From the NCBI GenBank assembly GCA_945900935.1, contig CAMDKT010000001.1:1-40106 (forward strand): 40,106 nt of DNA, written 5' to 3'. Positions 19,253 through 28,449 of this stretch are shown here, one piece after another. The stretch is from Candidatus Sulfopaludibacter sp. SbA3 (GTDB lineage: Bacteria > Acidobacteriota > Terriglobia > Bryobacterales > Bryobacteraceae). Positions within the stretch are counted from its first letter, which is position 1; every line of letters starts with the position of its first letter. The position numbers and the translations under genes were made by a program. Below the pieces are notes generated by a model. It saw nothing but the letters and a program-made list of their open reading frames with translations. It was not told the DNA's origin and did not search any database.

Positions 19253-20356
19253 CTATGCTCCCTGCTCCGTAGTGACCTTGACGACCACCTCATTTACAAT
19301 GGACACTCCTACATCCACCGTCCATAGGAGCGCGGTTTCCCGCGCATGAGTTCCGATGCTCATTCGTACGTCACGACGGCTCACGATGAGAGCTAACTGC
19401 TCCGCAAGTTGCGTGACGTCGCCGGCTCTGTGAATTAATCCATTCAAGCCATGTACGATGCGGTCGAGGACAGCTCCCGTGGCATCCGACCCCAATACCG
19501 CCAACCCACTACTCATCGCCTCAGTGACCGCATTAGCGTAAGGGTCCCATAGGGCAGAGTGAATGAGAACATCTCCCGATGCATAGAAACTTGCCAAATC
19601 CGATGGTTCAAGCCAGCCGACGAATTCAACCCGGTCTGCCACATGTAATGTGATGCACAACGCTTCAAGTGCTGCCCGATCGGGGCCTTCACCGGCAATT
19701 CGATAACGTATCAGCGAGTACAACTTCGGATGTACTTCTCGGATCATCGCCAAGGCAGTCAAAGCCAAATCACACCCTTTTAAGGAATTCAAGAGGCGTC
19801 CAGAGGATACCAGCACGACTTCCCGGGTACTTTGCCGATTCCCAGCCGGTCTGAAGTAGTCGGTGTCGATGAAGTAAGGCAGATTGACAAGTTTCCGCTC
19901 AGCACAACCCATTTGCGTGAGAGCATTGAGGGCTGGCTGCCCAGTTCCCATCACGAATGCCGCGTTCTTGAACACCCATTTCACCCACGCAGATCGCAAT
20001 GCAGCTTTTACTGGGTTCCGTCTCTTTAAGACATTGGGGGTATCGGTCCAAATCACAAAAGGGCGCTGTAACGCCGCCGCGGAGGTCAGTAGCAGGAATC
20101 GTGTAATGCAACTCCATCCACCGACAACAAACAGGACGTCACGCCTGCACAATAACCTTAGTAATGCTAAGTCTACGCCACAGTACTTTTTGGAATTACA
20201 GCTATCGAAGCCTATTCGCATCGACGAACGCCAAGGATGAGAGGCGATAGCGGGCGCCATGAAACGTACGTTCAAGCGAAGGCCGGATTTTGCCAGCGCG
20301 CCAAATAAAAACTCATTGTACGGCGTGGGTTGAGTTGTAATCCACTCGAGTTGCAT
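19253..20356 (-). CDS. GT1-fold glycosyltransferase (family 4)
   Basis: 367 aa. C-terminal block DPYANAVTEAMSSGLAVLGSD typical of Glycos_transf_1. Confidence 0.85.
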   Translation of the reverse strand: MQLEWITTQPTPYNEFLFGALAKSGLRLNVRFMAPAIASHPWRSSMRIGFDSCNSKKYCGVDLALLRLLCRRDVLFVVGGWSCITRFLLLTSAAALQRPFVIWTDTPNVLKRRNPVKAALRSAWVKWVFKNAAFVMGTGQPALNALTQMGCAERKLVNLPYFIDTDYFRPAGNRQSTREVVLVSSGRLLNSLKGCDLALTALAMIREVHPKLYSLIRYRIAGEGPDRAALEALCITLHVADRVEFVGWLEPSDLASFYASGDVLIHSALWDPYANAVTEAMSSGLAVLGSDATGAVLDRIVHGLNGLIHRAGDVTQLAEQLALIVSRRDVRMSIGTHARETALLWTVDVGVSIVNEVVVKVTTEQGA

Positions 20357-20357
20357 A

Positions 20358-21413
20358 TTAGCTCCGGCGGATGTCGCCTATATCCGCGAGCCACGCCTTC
20401 ATCCTGTCGTCAACGCTGTGACCATCCCTTATACATCGAAGTCGTCCTGCTTCCGCTATTTCTTTAAGTTTTTTGGGACTAGCAAATGCCGACGCAACCA
20501 CCATTTTTAGTTCTTCGGGCGAAGAAAAATACAACGCTTCAGATCCTTCAGCGAAAAGCGTCAACATTTCGGGAGTCCGCTCGCTAAGCAAGACACCTCC
20601 GCACGCAGTAATTTCGAAGACTCTTCGCGTATAAGCATCGCGATTCAGCCGAGAGAAGAAACACAGGCACAGTCGGGCCGCGCATAAAGCTTTGCTGTAT
20701 GTCTCGCCTGTGATCTCCGGATTAGGCCTGAAGTGAGACTGCGGAGTCACGAAGTGCATCCATGTGGAAAGCGGCCCATAAACTCTTAACTTGTATTCCG
20801 ATTCAGCCAGATACTCCAGGCAATCGTACCGGTACTGTTCGCAATGACCGATAAAGACTACATCGCAGCCATACTGACCGCGCTCGGCGTCGGTTAACTT
20901 CACAGGATTGTGGATCGAAGGAACAAAGTACGAGCGTAGGACACGGCTTCTTCGCGATCCGGCGTTATCATAATCCGGAATATTTGACGAACGGTATACA
21001 TAATTGCAGTCGTACAATGGAATTGTCCTGACAAACAACTTCCACAATCGCCTCAAGTGCAGCGATCGAGATTCCACATACTGCGGGCTGAACGGATCAT
21101 CATTGTTAAACGAGACAACCGGGCCACCCGTGCACCGCTTCAGCTTTTCAATGGTTTCCGGTAGAATATTTACTCCGCGCCAAATCAGCACCACATCTGG
21201 CCGAACAGCTTCAGCGTATCTGATCAGCGCGTCATTCATTTGTCGAATGCAGAGCACAGAGATATTGTACTTCCGCTCTGCCCTCCCTAGAAGAGAATCA
21301 AAGAAACTTGACCATTTAAACGGTACAACGATTACGCCCAGCCGTCGCAGGGCGTCTGCGCATGCTGACTCATAAATTGTATGTCGCCAATCTCCCGCTA
21401 TGAGAATCGTCAC
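20358..21413 (-). CDS. CgeB-like glycosyltransferase (DUF3880 / Glyco_trans_1_2-type)
   Basis: C-terminal RRVFEITACGGVLLSE...LYFSSPEEL pattern. The likely start is the GTG at 21413, forming a GTGA overlap with the upstream stop. The track start at 21488 would overlap by 79 bp. Confidence 0.7.
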   Translation of the reverse strand: MTILIAGDWRHTIYESACADALRRLGVIVVPFKWSSFFDSLLGRAERKYNISVLCIRQMNDALIRYAEAVRPDVVLIWRGVNILPETIEKLKRCTGGPVVSFNNDDPFSPQYVESRSLHLRRLWKLFVRTIPLYDCNYVYRSSNIPDYDNAGSRRSRVLRSYFVPSIHNPVKLTDAERGQYGCDVVFIGHCEQYRYDCLEYLAESEYKLRVYGPLSTWMHFVTPQSHFRPNPEITGETYSKALCAARLCLCFFSRLNRDAYTRRVFEITACGGVLLSERTPEMLTLFAEGSEALYFSSPEELKMVVASAFASPKKLKEIAEAGRLRCIRDGHSVDDRMKAWLADIGDIRRS

Positions 21414-22636
21414 GTCGCTGGAATCTCCGGAACTGTTCGCGGTTTCCAACCCAGCACCTTGAAGATTGCTTCGAAACGATGACGCCATCTATGCGAAGCC
21501 ATGGATTTTTCATACGCACACGCAGCGATCACCTCTCTGTACTCAGGATATCGTACCACTCGCCGTGAAATGTCCACCATCTCATCAATCGATTGATAAC
21601 ACAGTATCTCTTTTCCAACATGGAACAGATCGGCGAGATCGCCGTTGAATGTAGTCAAATACGTACACCCCGCCCCCGGCACTTCGAAATCCCGTCCCTT
21701 CAGCGTAGTCAGTTGCATAGAATAACCCACTCCCCCGATTCCCAGGACCATCCTGGCACTCGCGAGGAACTCTCCCATGTCATCCCGCGGCACGATGCTG
21801 CCCCTGCCCCAACCTGATCCGGCAACTACGACGCGCAGTCCTGCCTTGCGAAGAGCGGCCACATAGTCGGGACGTTGGCCATAACAGGCTCCAACGAATG
21901 CCACGTCAGCGGTTTTCGGTCGCTCTAGCCTCGGCGTGAGCGTGGGAGAGAACCCTTCTGGGAGAAAGAGGGGTGTAGCTCCCACGGCTCGGTACCAACT
22001 ACAGGCCGTTCGACTACTTGTACAGACAAGGTCAAAGTCGGGCGCAATATCGCATTGCCCAAGATCCTGGCCGTGGGGCCCTTGTCCAAGTTCGAAAGTA
22101 TGTACGCAATCAAGCCACTGATTGACAATTGGAACCCCGAGGTCTTCCTTAATCCTTCGGATAGTCGACCTGAGGATGATCGCACCGTTACACGTTATGA
22201 GCACCCAATCAATCGGCCGACGTGCATGCGTATTCCTAACGAATTCAAAGAATCTCTCATTAAGCTCAGGAACCTTCCGTTGGAATGCAGGCCCCCAACC
22301 TACAAACCCTGCCTTCCACCAGTCGAACACTGTCACCGGGCCGAAAGCCTCCAGTTCGCAGACCATCCCCTGACCCCAGGAATCAGTTAAAGTCATTATC
22401 AGCGTGTGACAATCCTCGCGCGTTGGATGCGGAGCCCCTCTCGCACCTAGCTTCTGCCTTACTTCATCAGCGATCGATGTCTGAAAGGTAGCGGAGGAAC
22501 CGTCTTCAATTCGCCATCCTCCGTACTTATCGACAAACTCGTAGTATTTTGCAAGCACACAGCGATTTCGATACCATGACCACCCCTTGCGTACCAAGTC
22601 AACTTGCAGCAATTTTGTGCGTATAGAATTCGACAT
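21410..22636 (-). CDS. CgeB-like glycosyltransferase (Glyco_trans_1_2-type)
   Basis: 408 aa. C-terminal LKGRDFEVPGAGCTYLTT...ILCYQSIDEM...ACAYEKSMASHRWRHRF pattern, typical of CgeB-family proteins. Confidence 0.7.
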   Translation of the reverse strand: MSNSIRTKLLQVDLVRKGWSWYRNRCVLAKYYEFVDKYGGWRIEDGSSATFQTSIADEVRQKLGARGAPHPTREDCHTLIMTLTDSWGQGMVCELEAFGPVTVFDWWKAGFVGWGPAFQRKVPELNERFFEFVRNTHARRPIDWVLITCNGAIILRSTIRRIKEDLGVPIVNQWLDCVHTFELGQGPHGQDLGQCDIAPDFDLVCTSSRTACSWYRAVGATPLFLPEGFSPTLTPRLERPKTADVAFVGACYGQRPDYVAALRKAGLRVVVAGSGWGRGSIVPRDDMGEFLASARMVLGIGGVGYSMQLTTLKGRDFEVPGAGCTYLTTFNGDLADLFHVGKEILCYQSIDEMVDISRRVVRYPEYREVIAACAYEKSMASHRWRHRFEAIFKVLGWKPRTVPEIPAT

Positions 22637-22664
22637 AGCTTCGGCTGATGGATCGGTGAGTCAA

Positions 22665-23399
22665 TCACTTCCGAATTAAAATCTCATCGCGGTCGACAAC
22701 ACCGAAGCGAGAGAACATCTTTAGTTGTTCGGGACTGTAGTAGTGCAGATGCGGGTAGCACTTAGAGTCATGATTGAGTTGCAGGAAAAGGCGGCCTTCT
22801 GGACGCAGGTGGCGCCTCACGTCATCTAAGAAAAACTCCCATTCGCTGACTCCCCAAACATCAGGGGTGGGGTGGCTGTTGAAGCAGATCATGAATGCGG
22901 TAATAAGATCGAACTCGCCGACGATATCAAGTTTTGTAAATCGACTAATCTTAAGCGGGAGAATCATTTCTCCGCGTCCGAGCGCTGCGGTTAGGATGGG
23001 GTAGACGGTCGCATCTAGTAGATTCATTTCATCGGGGGGCAGATCCGCGCCAAGCGCCTCATGTCCCAGATACCGGCAGACTGCGACAAAGTACCCGGCC
23101 CCACAGCCAAGGTCGAGTATTTTCAACTTACTAGCTTTGTGAAGGCGGAGCCGGGCAGCCCGAATGATGTTCGTCCGCATCCAATACGCGTAGTCGCAGT
23201 ATTTAGTAGCCCCTTGCGGATCTCCTAGCGTCTGCTCACGGTAATGCTGTTGTGCTATGTTGATGGTATCAATCGTGATCGTCCTTCGAATCCGAATATT
23301 GGCGATCTCGATAGCAATCGGATTGACGACCGGTTTACGGAAGGCCTGTTTGAGGAGTCCAACGTAGGTTCGTATGCGCATAAGGTGAATCGTGATCAA
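22665..23399 (-). CDS. Class I SAM-dependent methyltransferase
   Basis: Motif I ILDLGCGAGYF. The track start at 23399 is TTG; the first ATG is at 23381. Confidence 0.85.
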   Translation of the reverse strand: MITIHLMRIRTYVGLLKQAFRKPVVNPIAIEIANIRIRRTITIDTINIAQQHYREQTLGDPQGATKYCDYAYWMRTNIIRAARLRLHKASKLKILDLGCGAGYFVAVCRYLGHEALGADLPPDEMNLLDATVYPILTAALGRGEMILPLKISRFTKLDIVGEFDLITAFMICFNSHPTPDVWGVSEWEFFLDDVRRHLRPEGRLFLQLNHDSKCYPHLHYYSPEQLKMFSRFGVVDRDEILIRK

Positions 23400-23435
23400 T
23401 AGAGTAACACACTCAATTAGAAGCGTGTGGGAACG

Positions 23436-24257
23436 CTATCGTCGCTTGATGGCCGAGGCAACAACCATGTGGCCATAATGCTCTTCGCTTAGCAACAACC
23501 TTAACCCTCGATCCACAAGTGATCGAGGGTACCGTGTGTCCTCCACAATCCGATATGCACTTCGAAGACGCGATTCCTGGACGAATGTCATCACTGGATT
23601 CGATGCCCGGAATCCCATAAGATCGAAACCCGCTTCAGTCAACAGACAGGTGAGTTCTTCTTTGGTAAAGCAATCTTCAAAAAATGGCTTTGTTGTATGA
23701 GTCTTGTACTCTCCTCTTTGGATCTTCTTAAGTCGGTATTGGTTCAGAAAAGGTACTGACACCAGCAGGACAGCCCCCCCCCTCAAAACCCTGCCTGCCT
23801 CACTGAGGATTTGGCGTTGCCCATTGCAGAAGTGCTCGATGACCCCGAGAGAAATCATTCCGTCAAAACTCCGGTCCGCAAAAGGAAGGGTCCTTACGTC
23901 ACCCAGATGAAAAGGAATTGCGGGAAATCGTGTATTCAACTCCCTGATGGTCTCGTCGGCGTAATCCAATCCCTCGGCCGCGATACCCCGTGCTCTTAAT
24001 CCAATTACGATCTGGCCGACGCCGCATCCCGCTTCCAGAACTCTGCTGCCCTTAGTAAAGTGCTTCAGGTAGAGAGACTCGTACTCACCGAGGTTCCCAA
24101 GAGCAGCACTCTGCCAATAAGATTCGGAGTCGGTTGATGACCAGATACCATCCCAAAACTTAACCGTGGGAGCGGACCAAAATCTACGCAAACGCTGATG
24201 GCCATCAACCTCTACTGGAATTGAGTCCATCGCTGAAAGATCGATGTTGTCAGGCAT
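23436..24257 (-). CDS. Class I SAM-dependent methyltransferase
   Basis: Motif I VLEAGCGVGQI, post-I LDYAD, and motif DGMISLGVIEH. TAATG 1-nt overlap with the upstream glycosyltransferase stop. Confidence 0.88.
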   Translation of the reverse strand: MPDNIDLSAMDSIPVEVDGHQRLRRFWSAPTVKFWDGIWSSTDSESYWQSAALGNLGEYESLYLKHFTKGSRVLEAGCGVGQIVIGLRARGIAAEGLDYADETIRELNTRFPAIPFHLGDVRTLPFADRSFDGMISLGVIEHFCNGQRQILSEAGRVLRGGAVLLVSVPFLNQYRLKKIQRGEYKTHTTKPFFEDCFTKEELTCLLTEAGFDLMGFRASNPVMTFVQESRLRSAYRIVEDTRYPRSLVDRGLRLLLSEEHYGHMVVASAIKRR

Positions 24258-25393
24258 TACACGCGCGCCCCCCTGTTGAAATTGACGACTGTCGCACCCT
24301 GTACAAGCTCTTCGATAATTTCAAGATAGCTGGCGACCATTTTCCGTTGGTCGAAGCGATCTCGTGCGAAAGCGGTCGATGCCGCGCTGATATTTGCGTA
24401 CAGTTCTTGGTCACCCAGCAGATGTGCGGAAATCGTAGCAACCGCCCGCGTATCCCCGACATCCACGACAAATCCGGTAACACCATGGCGAATTAATTCA
24501 GGAATTCCGCCAACTCGCGTTGCGATCACCGGCACCGCGCACGCCATAGCCTCTATACATGCCAATGGCATTCCTTCACTGCGACTCAACTGCCATACTA
24601 GGGCGGCAGTTCGCAGCAACTCCGGCACGTCCTTCCGCAGCCCCAGAAAGCGAATCTTCCGTTTCAGACCTAATCGCGCTACACTCTTTACCACATCTCC
24701 GCGTAAAGGTCCGTCCCCTACGAATGTCAGTTTGGCACCAGGAACCATCTCAAGGAGCTGCGAAAATGCCGAGACTGCGTCCAGAGGACGCTTGACCTCG
24801 GACAATGTTCCGATCACCAACACATCGGGTTCGATCAAAGTCCTCACAGGCCGGGGAATGAACTTCTCTAGGTCTATACCATTTGGAATACACCTGATCT
24901 TCATTGCCGGAATTCCGACTCTCTGGCGAACAACGTCTGCTAGGCCATTACAAACCACAACCGCTTCGGCCTTGACCCGCCGCAACGCCCAATCGTGAAG
25001 TATGGCGAAAAGATGTTGCTTGATGCGTTTTCTAGTCAACATGTCCCCGTACCCGTGGAAGACGCTCAGAGTAGGACATTTTGCGCCAGCCAAGCCGAGT
25101 ACAATCGTTGCAGTCGGCGTATGAGTAAGAATTACGCTAGGACGAAACGTAAGAATTTCTTTGTGTAGTCTCTTCGACAAAATGAAACAGCTTGAAGGCC
25201 AATTATAAGAAGCGGCCGGAATTAAAAAGCGCACTTCGGCTTTAGTACGATCAATATCATCGTAATCGTCCAAATCAAGCAGCGAGACAACACAGACTTC
25301 ATGACCACTCTTCACCATACCTCTTGCGAGATTCAAAGCTACGCGCTCGGCCCCACCGCGCCTCAGCGAATGAATAATATGCATGATCCGCAT
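24257..25393 (-). CDS. GT1-fold glycosyltransferase (family 4)
   Basis: MRIMHIIHSLRRGGAERV N-terminus and SEGMPLACIEAMACAVPVIATRVGGIPE block. Confidence 0.9.
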   Translation of the reverse strand: MRIMHIIHSLRRGGAERVALNLARGMVKSGHEVCVVSLLDLDDYDDIDRTKAEVRFLIPAASYNWPSSCFILSKRLHKEILTFRPSVILTHTPTATIVLGLAGAKCPTLSVFHGYGDMLTRKRIKQHLFAILHDWALRRVKAEAVVVCNGLADVVRQRVGIPAMKIRCIPNGIDLEKFIPRPVRTLIEPDVLVIGTLSEVKRPLDAVSAFSQLLEMVPGAKLTFVGDGPLRGDVVKSVARLGLKRKIRFLGLRKDVPELLRTAALVWQLSRSEGMPLACIEAMACAVPVIATRVGGIPELIRHGVTGFVVDVGDTRAVATISAHLLGDQELYANISAASTAFARDRFDQRKMVASYLEIIEELVQGATVVNFNRGARV

Positions 25394-25698
25394 CGAGTCA
25401 AATAGTATGAAGACAGCATTGCCCCAAGTACTGGCTGAGAGTAAGACGAGAAGAGCTAGTGAATCTTGATGCAGCCCGAGGTGCCACCAGCACTGGACAG
25501 GTACAATGGATTATCTGCACTACGTCTTCATGTAACCAGATTGGCTTGGTGCGACAAAACGGTCCCAAGCGCGATTGTGAATGCATGCGATCCCAGTTCC
25601 TCTCTGGCCGAATGAGTGCCGATTGAATCACTCTAACGCTATAGCGGGTAACTTCGAACTCAAAGGAGCGTCGTAATATTCAACATCAGCCGGGCTGA

Positions 25699-27198
25699 TC
25701 ATATGAAGCCTTTAAGCAGATCGCTGCCCATCAGGTTAAACGCGCTGTAAATAAAATTTGCTGTCAAGAAAAACACGAGCGATCCAAAGCACGCCGCCCC
25801 CAGACGCCCCCCCCCGCTCCCAAATGCAGCCGGAAGCAGCAGAACAGTGCCGATCGACAAGTACTGCGAATGAAGACCCCCGTATGCGCCAAAGATAAAC
25901 AGCGCGACCGAGTAGACGATTAGCGGGTCAATAACACGATTGGCTTTCCAGCTAGCCAAGGCCGCCGGTAGCGCAACCACATAGATCGCGAGGTTCAATA
26001 CGTGCTGAAGGAAATCCTGCGGCATGTACTCCGCATTCTCTACGGTAAAGACTTGCTGCCAAGGGAACGGTCCAACGACACCCTTGATGATAGCAAAGGG
26101 AGCCGAAAGCAGCATTCGCGAGCCCGTCAGATTCGACAAGGCCGCTTCGTGCCGGGAGGTAGCCGTGGCGAAAATGGTGGGTAACAGGTAATACAATGCC
26201 GCGAAGAAAAGCGGTAGGGCGATTAAGGAAAAATGATTTCGCGAGGTCCTACGCTCTCCGCCGCTCAACCCGAAGATGAGGCCTGTAATGAGGAGAGGAA
26301 CTAGCACGTACGTCTCCCGCAGACAATACGCGAGGAACGCAGATAACGGCAGCAAGGCAATTAGTCGTAGAGTCGCTCGTCGATTAATGACCAGAAGATA
26401 TGCAGATACGGCCACAAACAACTGGCCGGTTATGTCCCGCTCCATAATGCTTGCAATAAACGTCATAGGCTGGAGCGCACCGACCACAAACACTGACAGA
26501 ATCCCGCGCCGCGACAAACCTAAGTGCGCCGCCAATACTGCCATCACCGCGGCAGTAAGGATTGAGTGTAGCGAGTTCCATGCAGCGAGGTTCAGTGGAT
26601 GAACTCCACCGCAGTAATACAGAAGTGAACTATAAACTATTAAGAATGCATTCTTGTTATAGATCCAGAAATCATCTGGCAGAGGCATTAGAAGCCCGTT
26701 TTGCTGCCACTGCAGTGCCACCAAGGCTAAGCTTTCGTGCATCCACTCGTAATCCCACAGATACGTGAAATCATTGTGTATGTTCCCATCCAGGTAAGCG
26801 GGATCTATAAACCGAATATAGTGCCACGTCCCAAGAATCACCTTCCCGAGGTATGCCGCGAGGGCAACAGCGAGAGAGGATGGCCCGATCAGCGCCCTTA
26901 AACTCGTGACATGGATCAAGCCGATTCCAAGGGCGCCACCCAGCGTAGCCACCATCAGCGATGCCCCGGAGGATATACCTGATCCCGAGAACGAACTGAG
27001 TACTGCGAGCATCGCCAATACCGCTGCGAGTACTGAAATGATCGTCCATTGAGGCTGACGGAGACCGTGGTCATTGGAGCCGCTATTGGCATAATTGACA
27101 GGCAGTTGCTGCGGCAACAAACTCGTACTTGAAATTAAAATATTCAAAACGCCTTCCTTTCGAGGATGACCGGACGGCACACCACGCAGCCGTGGCAA
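25699..27198 (-). CDS. Polytopic membrane protein, candidate Wzy-type repeat-unit polymerase
   Basis: About 12 or more hydrophobic helices, no soluble domain, sited between Wzx/GT and GT genes. No ATG near the 5' end. The track start is TTG at 27198; the TTG at 27147 is preceded by AAGGAAGG. Function inferred from context only. Confidence 0.55.
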   Translation of the reverse strand: MPRLRGVPSGHPRKEGVLNILISSTSLLPQQLPVNYANSGSNDHGLRQPQWTIISVLAAVLAMLAVLSSFSGSGISSGASLMVATLGGALGIGLIHVTSLRALIGPSSLAVALAAYLGKVILGTWHYIRFIDPAYLDGNIHNDFTYLWDYEWMHESLALVALQWQQNGLLMPLPDDFWIYNKNAFLIVYSSLLYYCGGVHPLNLAAWNSLHSILTAAVMAVLAAHLGLSRRGILSVFVVGALQPMTFIASIMERDITGQLFVAVSAYLLVINRRATLRLIALLPLSAFLAYCLRETYVLVPLLITGLIFGLSGGERRTSRNHFSLIALPLFFAALYYLLPTIFATATSRHEAALSNLTGSRMLLSAPFAIIKGVVGPFPWQQVFTVENAEYMPQDFLQHVLNLAIYVVALPAALASWKANRVIDPLIVYSVALFIFGAYGGLHSQYLSIGTVLLLPAAFGSGGGRLGAACFGSLVFFLTANFIYSAFNLMGSDLLKGFI

Positions 27199-27231
27199 TC
27201 CGCAATCAATCAGAACCCGCTCAGTGCCTGA

Positions 27232-28449
27232 TTATTGTAGCCCACTGGCTTCGAACACCTTTTCCAAAGCCCGCAGATAGGTTGTGCGAGATGTGAGATC
27301 GTCAAACAGTTGCCGTGCTCCGCGTGAGACGCGGGAACGAAGAGATGCATCCAAATCTACCTCGCGTATGTGGTTGCCTGCGGTTATCGGATCGCCTACG
27401 GGGGCGAGCATACCGTTCTCTCGATGGCGAAGAACCTCACTATGAATTCCGACATCGAAAGCAATTACCGGTTTTCCTAGGCCGAGGCTTTCCAGCAGCG
27501 TAAACTCAGTTGTGGTGGGCCAAAGACTAGGAATAAGAACCCCCCGTGATTGGGCAACGATTTCCTTCACTCCGGTGTCCCAGCTCAAATTAGTTCTGAT
27601 CTCAACCTGCCCGCTGGCCACAAGTGGCGCCAAGCCAAATTGAGCGACCGCGTTGCGCGCTATCGACTCATCCATGAATGGCAACACGAAACGAGATCCG
27701 CTGGCTTCGACGATCCGGGCCAATAGATGCCAGCCCTTTTCCATCCGGCTTTGCCCGTAACAGACGAAATATTGTCCATCCGAACTCGGACTGACCGCAG
27801 TATCCGTGCGACTCCGGTCAAAAAAGAGTGGGCATTTTATCGCCTGATCTGGGGTCGCACCAAGACGGTTGAAAATTTGAAGTTGTTTGTCTGTCGAGGC
27901 CAACAGGATATTACAGCGTAAGAGCTCGCTGCGGAGTATGGTTCGAACAGCGGAGGCGCTTGCTATAGCAATCAAAGACTTGTCGGCTCCATAGGAACAG
28001 CGGTTGCGAAGCGCGGGTAAGAACGTTCCGGAAAGGCATCGCTCACACGGGCCGTCCTCCAATGCTGCGTAGAAGCGGTTGCAATATACGTCTTGCGCCC
28101 ATGGCATCGCGATGGTGCGAACGCCGCGTTTTCGGCATACACGGAAAAGGCCCGCCGCCTTGGAATACATTGTCCCAAGGAAAAACACGCTGGTCGCGTG
28201 GGTGGAATCCAGCAGCAAATCCAAGGCAGAGGTTTGACGGCTTCCAAATATGTGATCTCGCGCTGAACTGGGCGGACGTGGTGCGATTTCGAACCCACAG
28301 ACACTAACAGGATCCACATCACTGCAATTCGCGAAGACGATCACGCGCCAGCCAAGCTCGGAGATCAGGCGGGCGGCCGTTCTTGCTGCAACCGCGCCGG
28401 AGTCCGCGCCCGTTATCGCATCGGGGATCAGTATTACGCTTCTTGTCAC
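27232..28449 (-). CDS. GT1-fold glycosyltransferase
   Basis: 405 aa. C-terminal TTEFTLLESLGLGKPVIAFDVGIHSEV block. GTG start forms a GTGA overlap with the wzx stop. Confidence 0.75.
   Translation of the reverse strand: MTRSVILIPDAITGADSGAVAARTAARLISELGWRVIVFANCSDVDPVSVCGFEIAPRPPSSARDHIFGSRQTSALDLLLDSTHATSVFFLGTMYSKAAGLFRVCRKRGVRTIAMPWAQDVYCNRFYAALEDGPCERCLSGTFLPALRNRCSYGADKSLIAIASASAVRTILRSELLRCNILLASTDKQLQIFNRLGATPDQAIKCPLFFDRSRTDTAVSPSSDGQYFVCYGQSRMEKGWHLLARIVEASGSRFVLPFMDESIARNAVAQFGLAPLVASGQVEIRTNLSWDTGVKEIVAQSRGVLIPSLWPTTTEFTLLESLGLGKPVIAFDVGIHSEVLRHRENGMLAPVGDPITAGNHIREVDLDASLRSRVSRGARQLFDDLTSRTTYLRALEKVFEASGLQ

Noticed and set aside
25398-25631. 77-aa Cys-rich minus-strand ORF in the Wzy-GT gap
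   Set aside because: No SD, no motif, and atypical composition. Likely non-coding.
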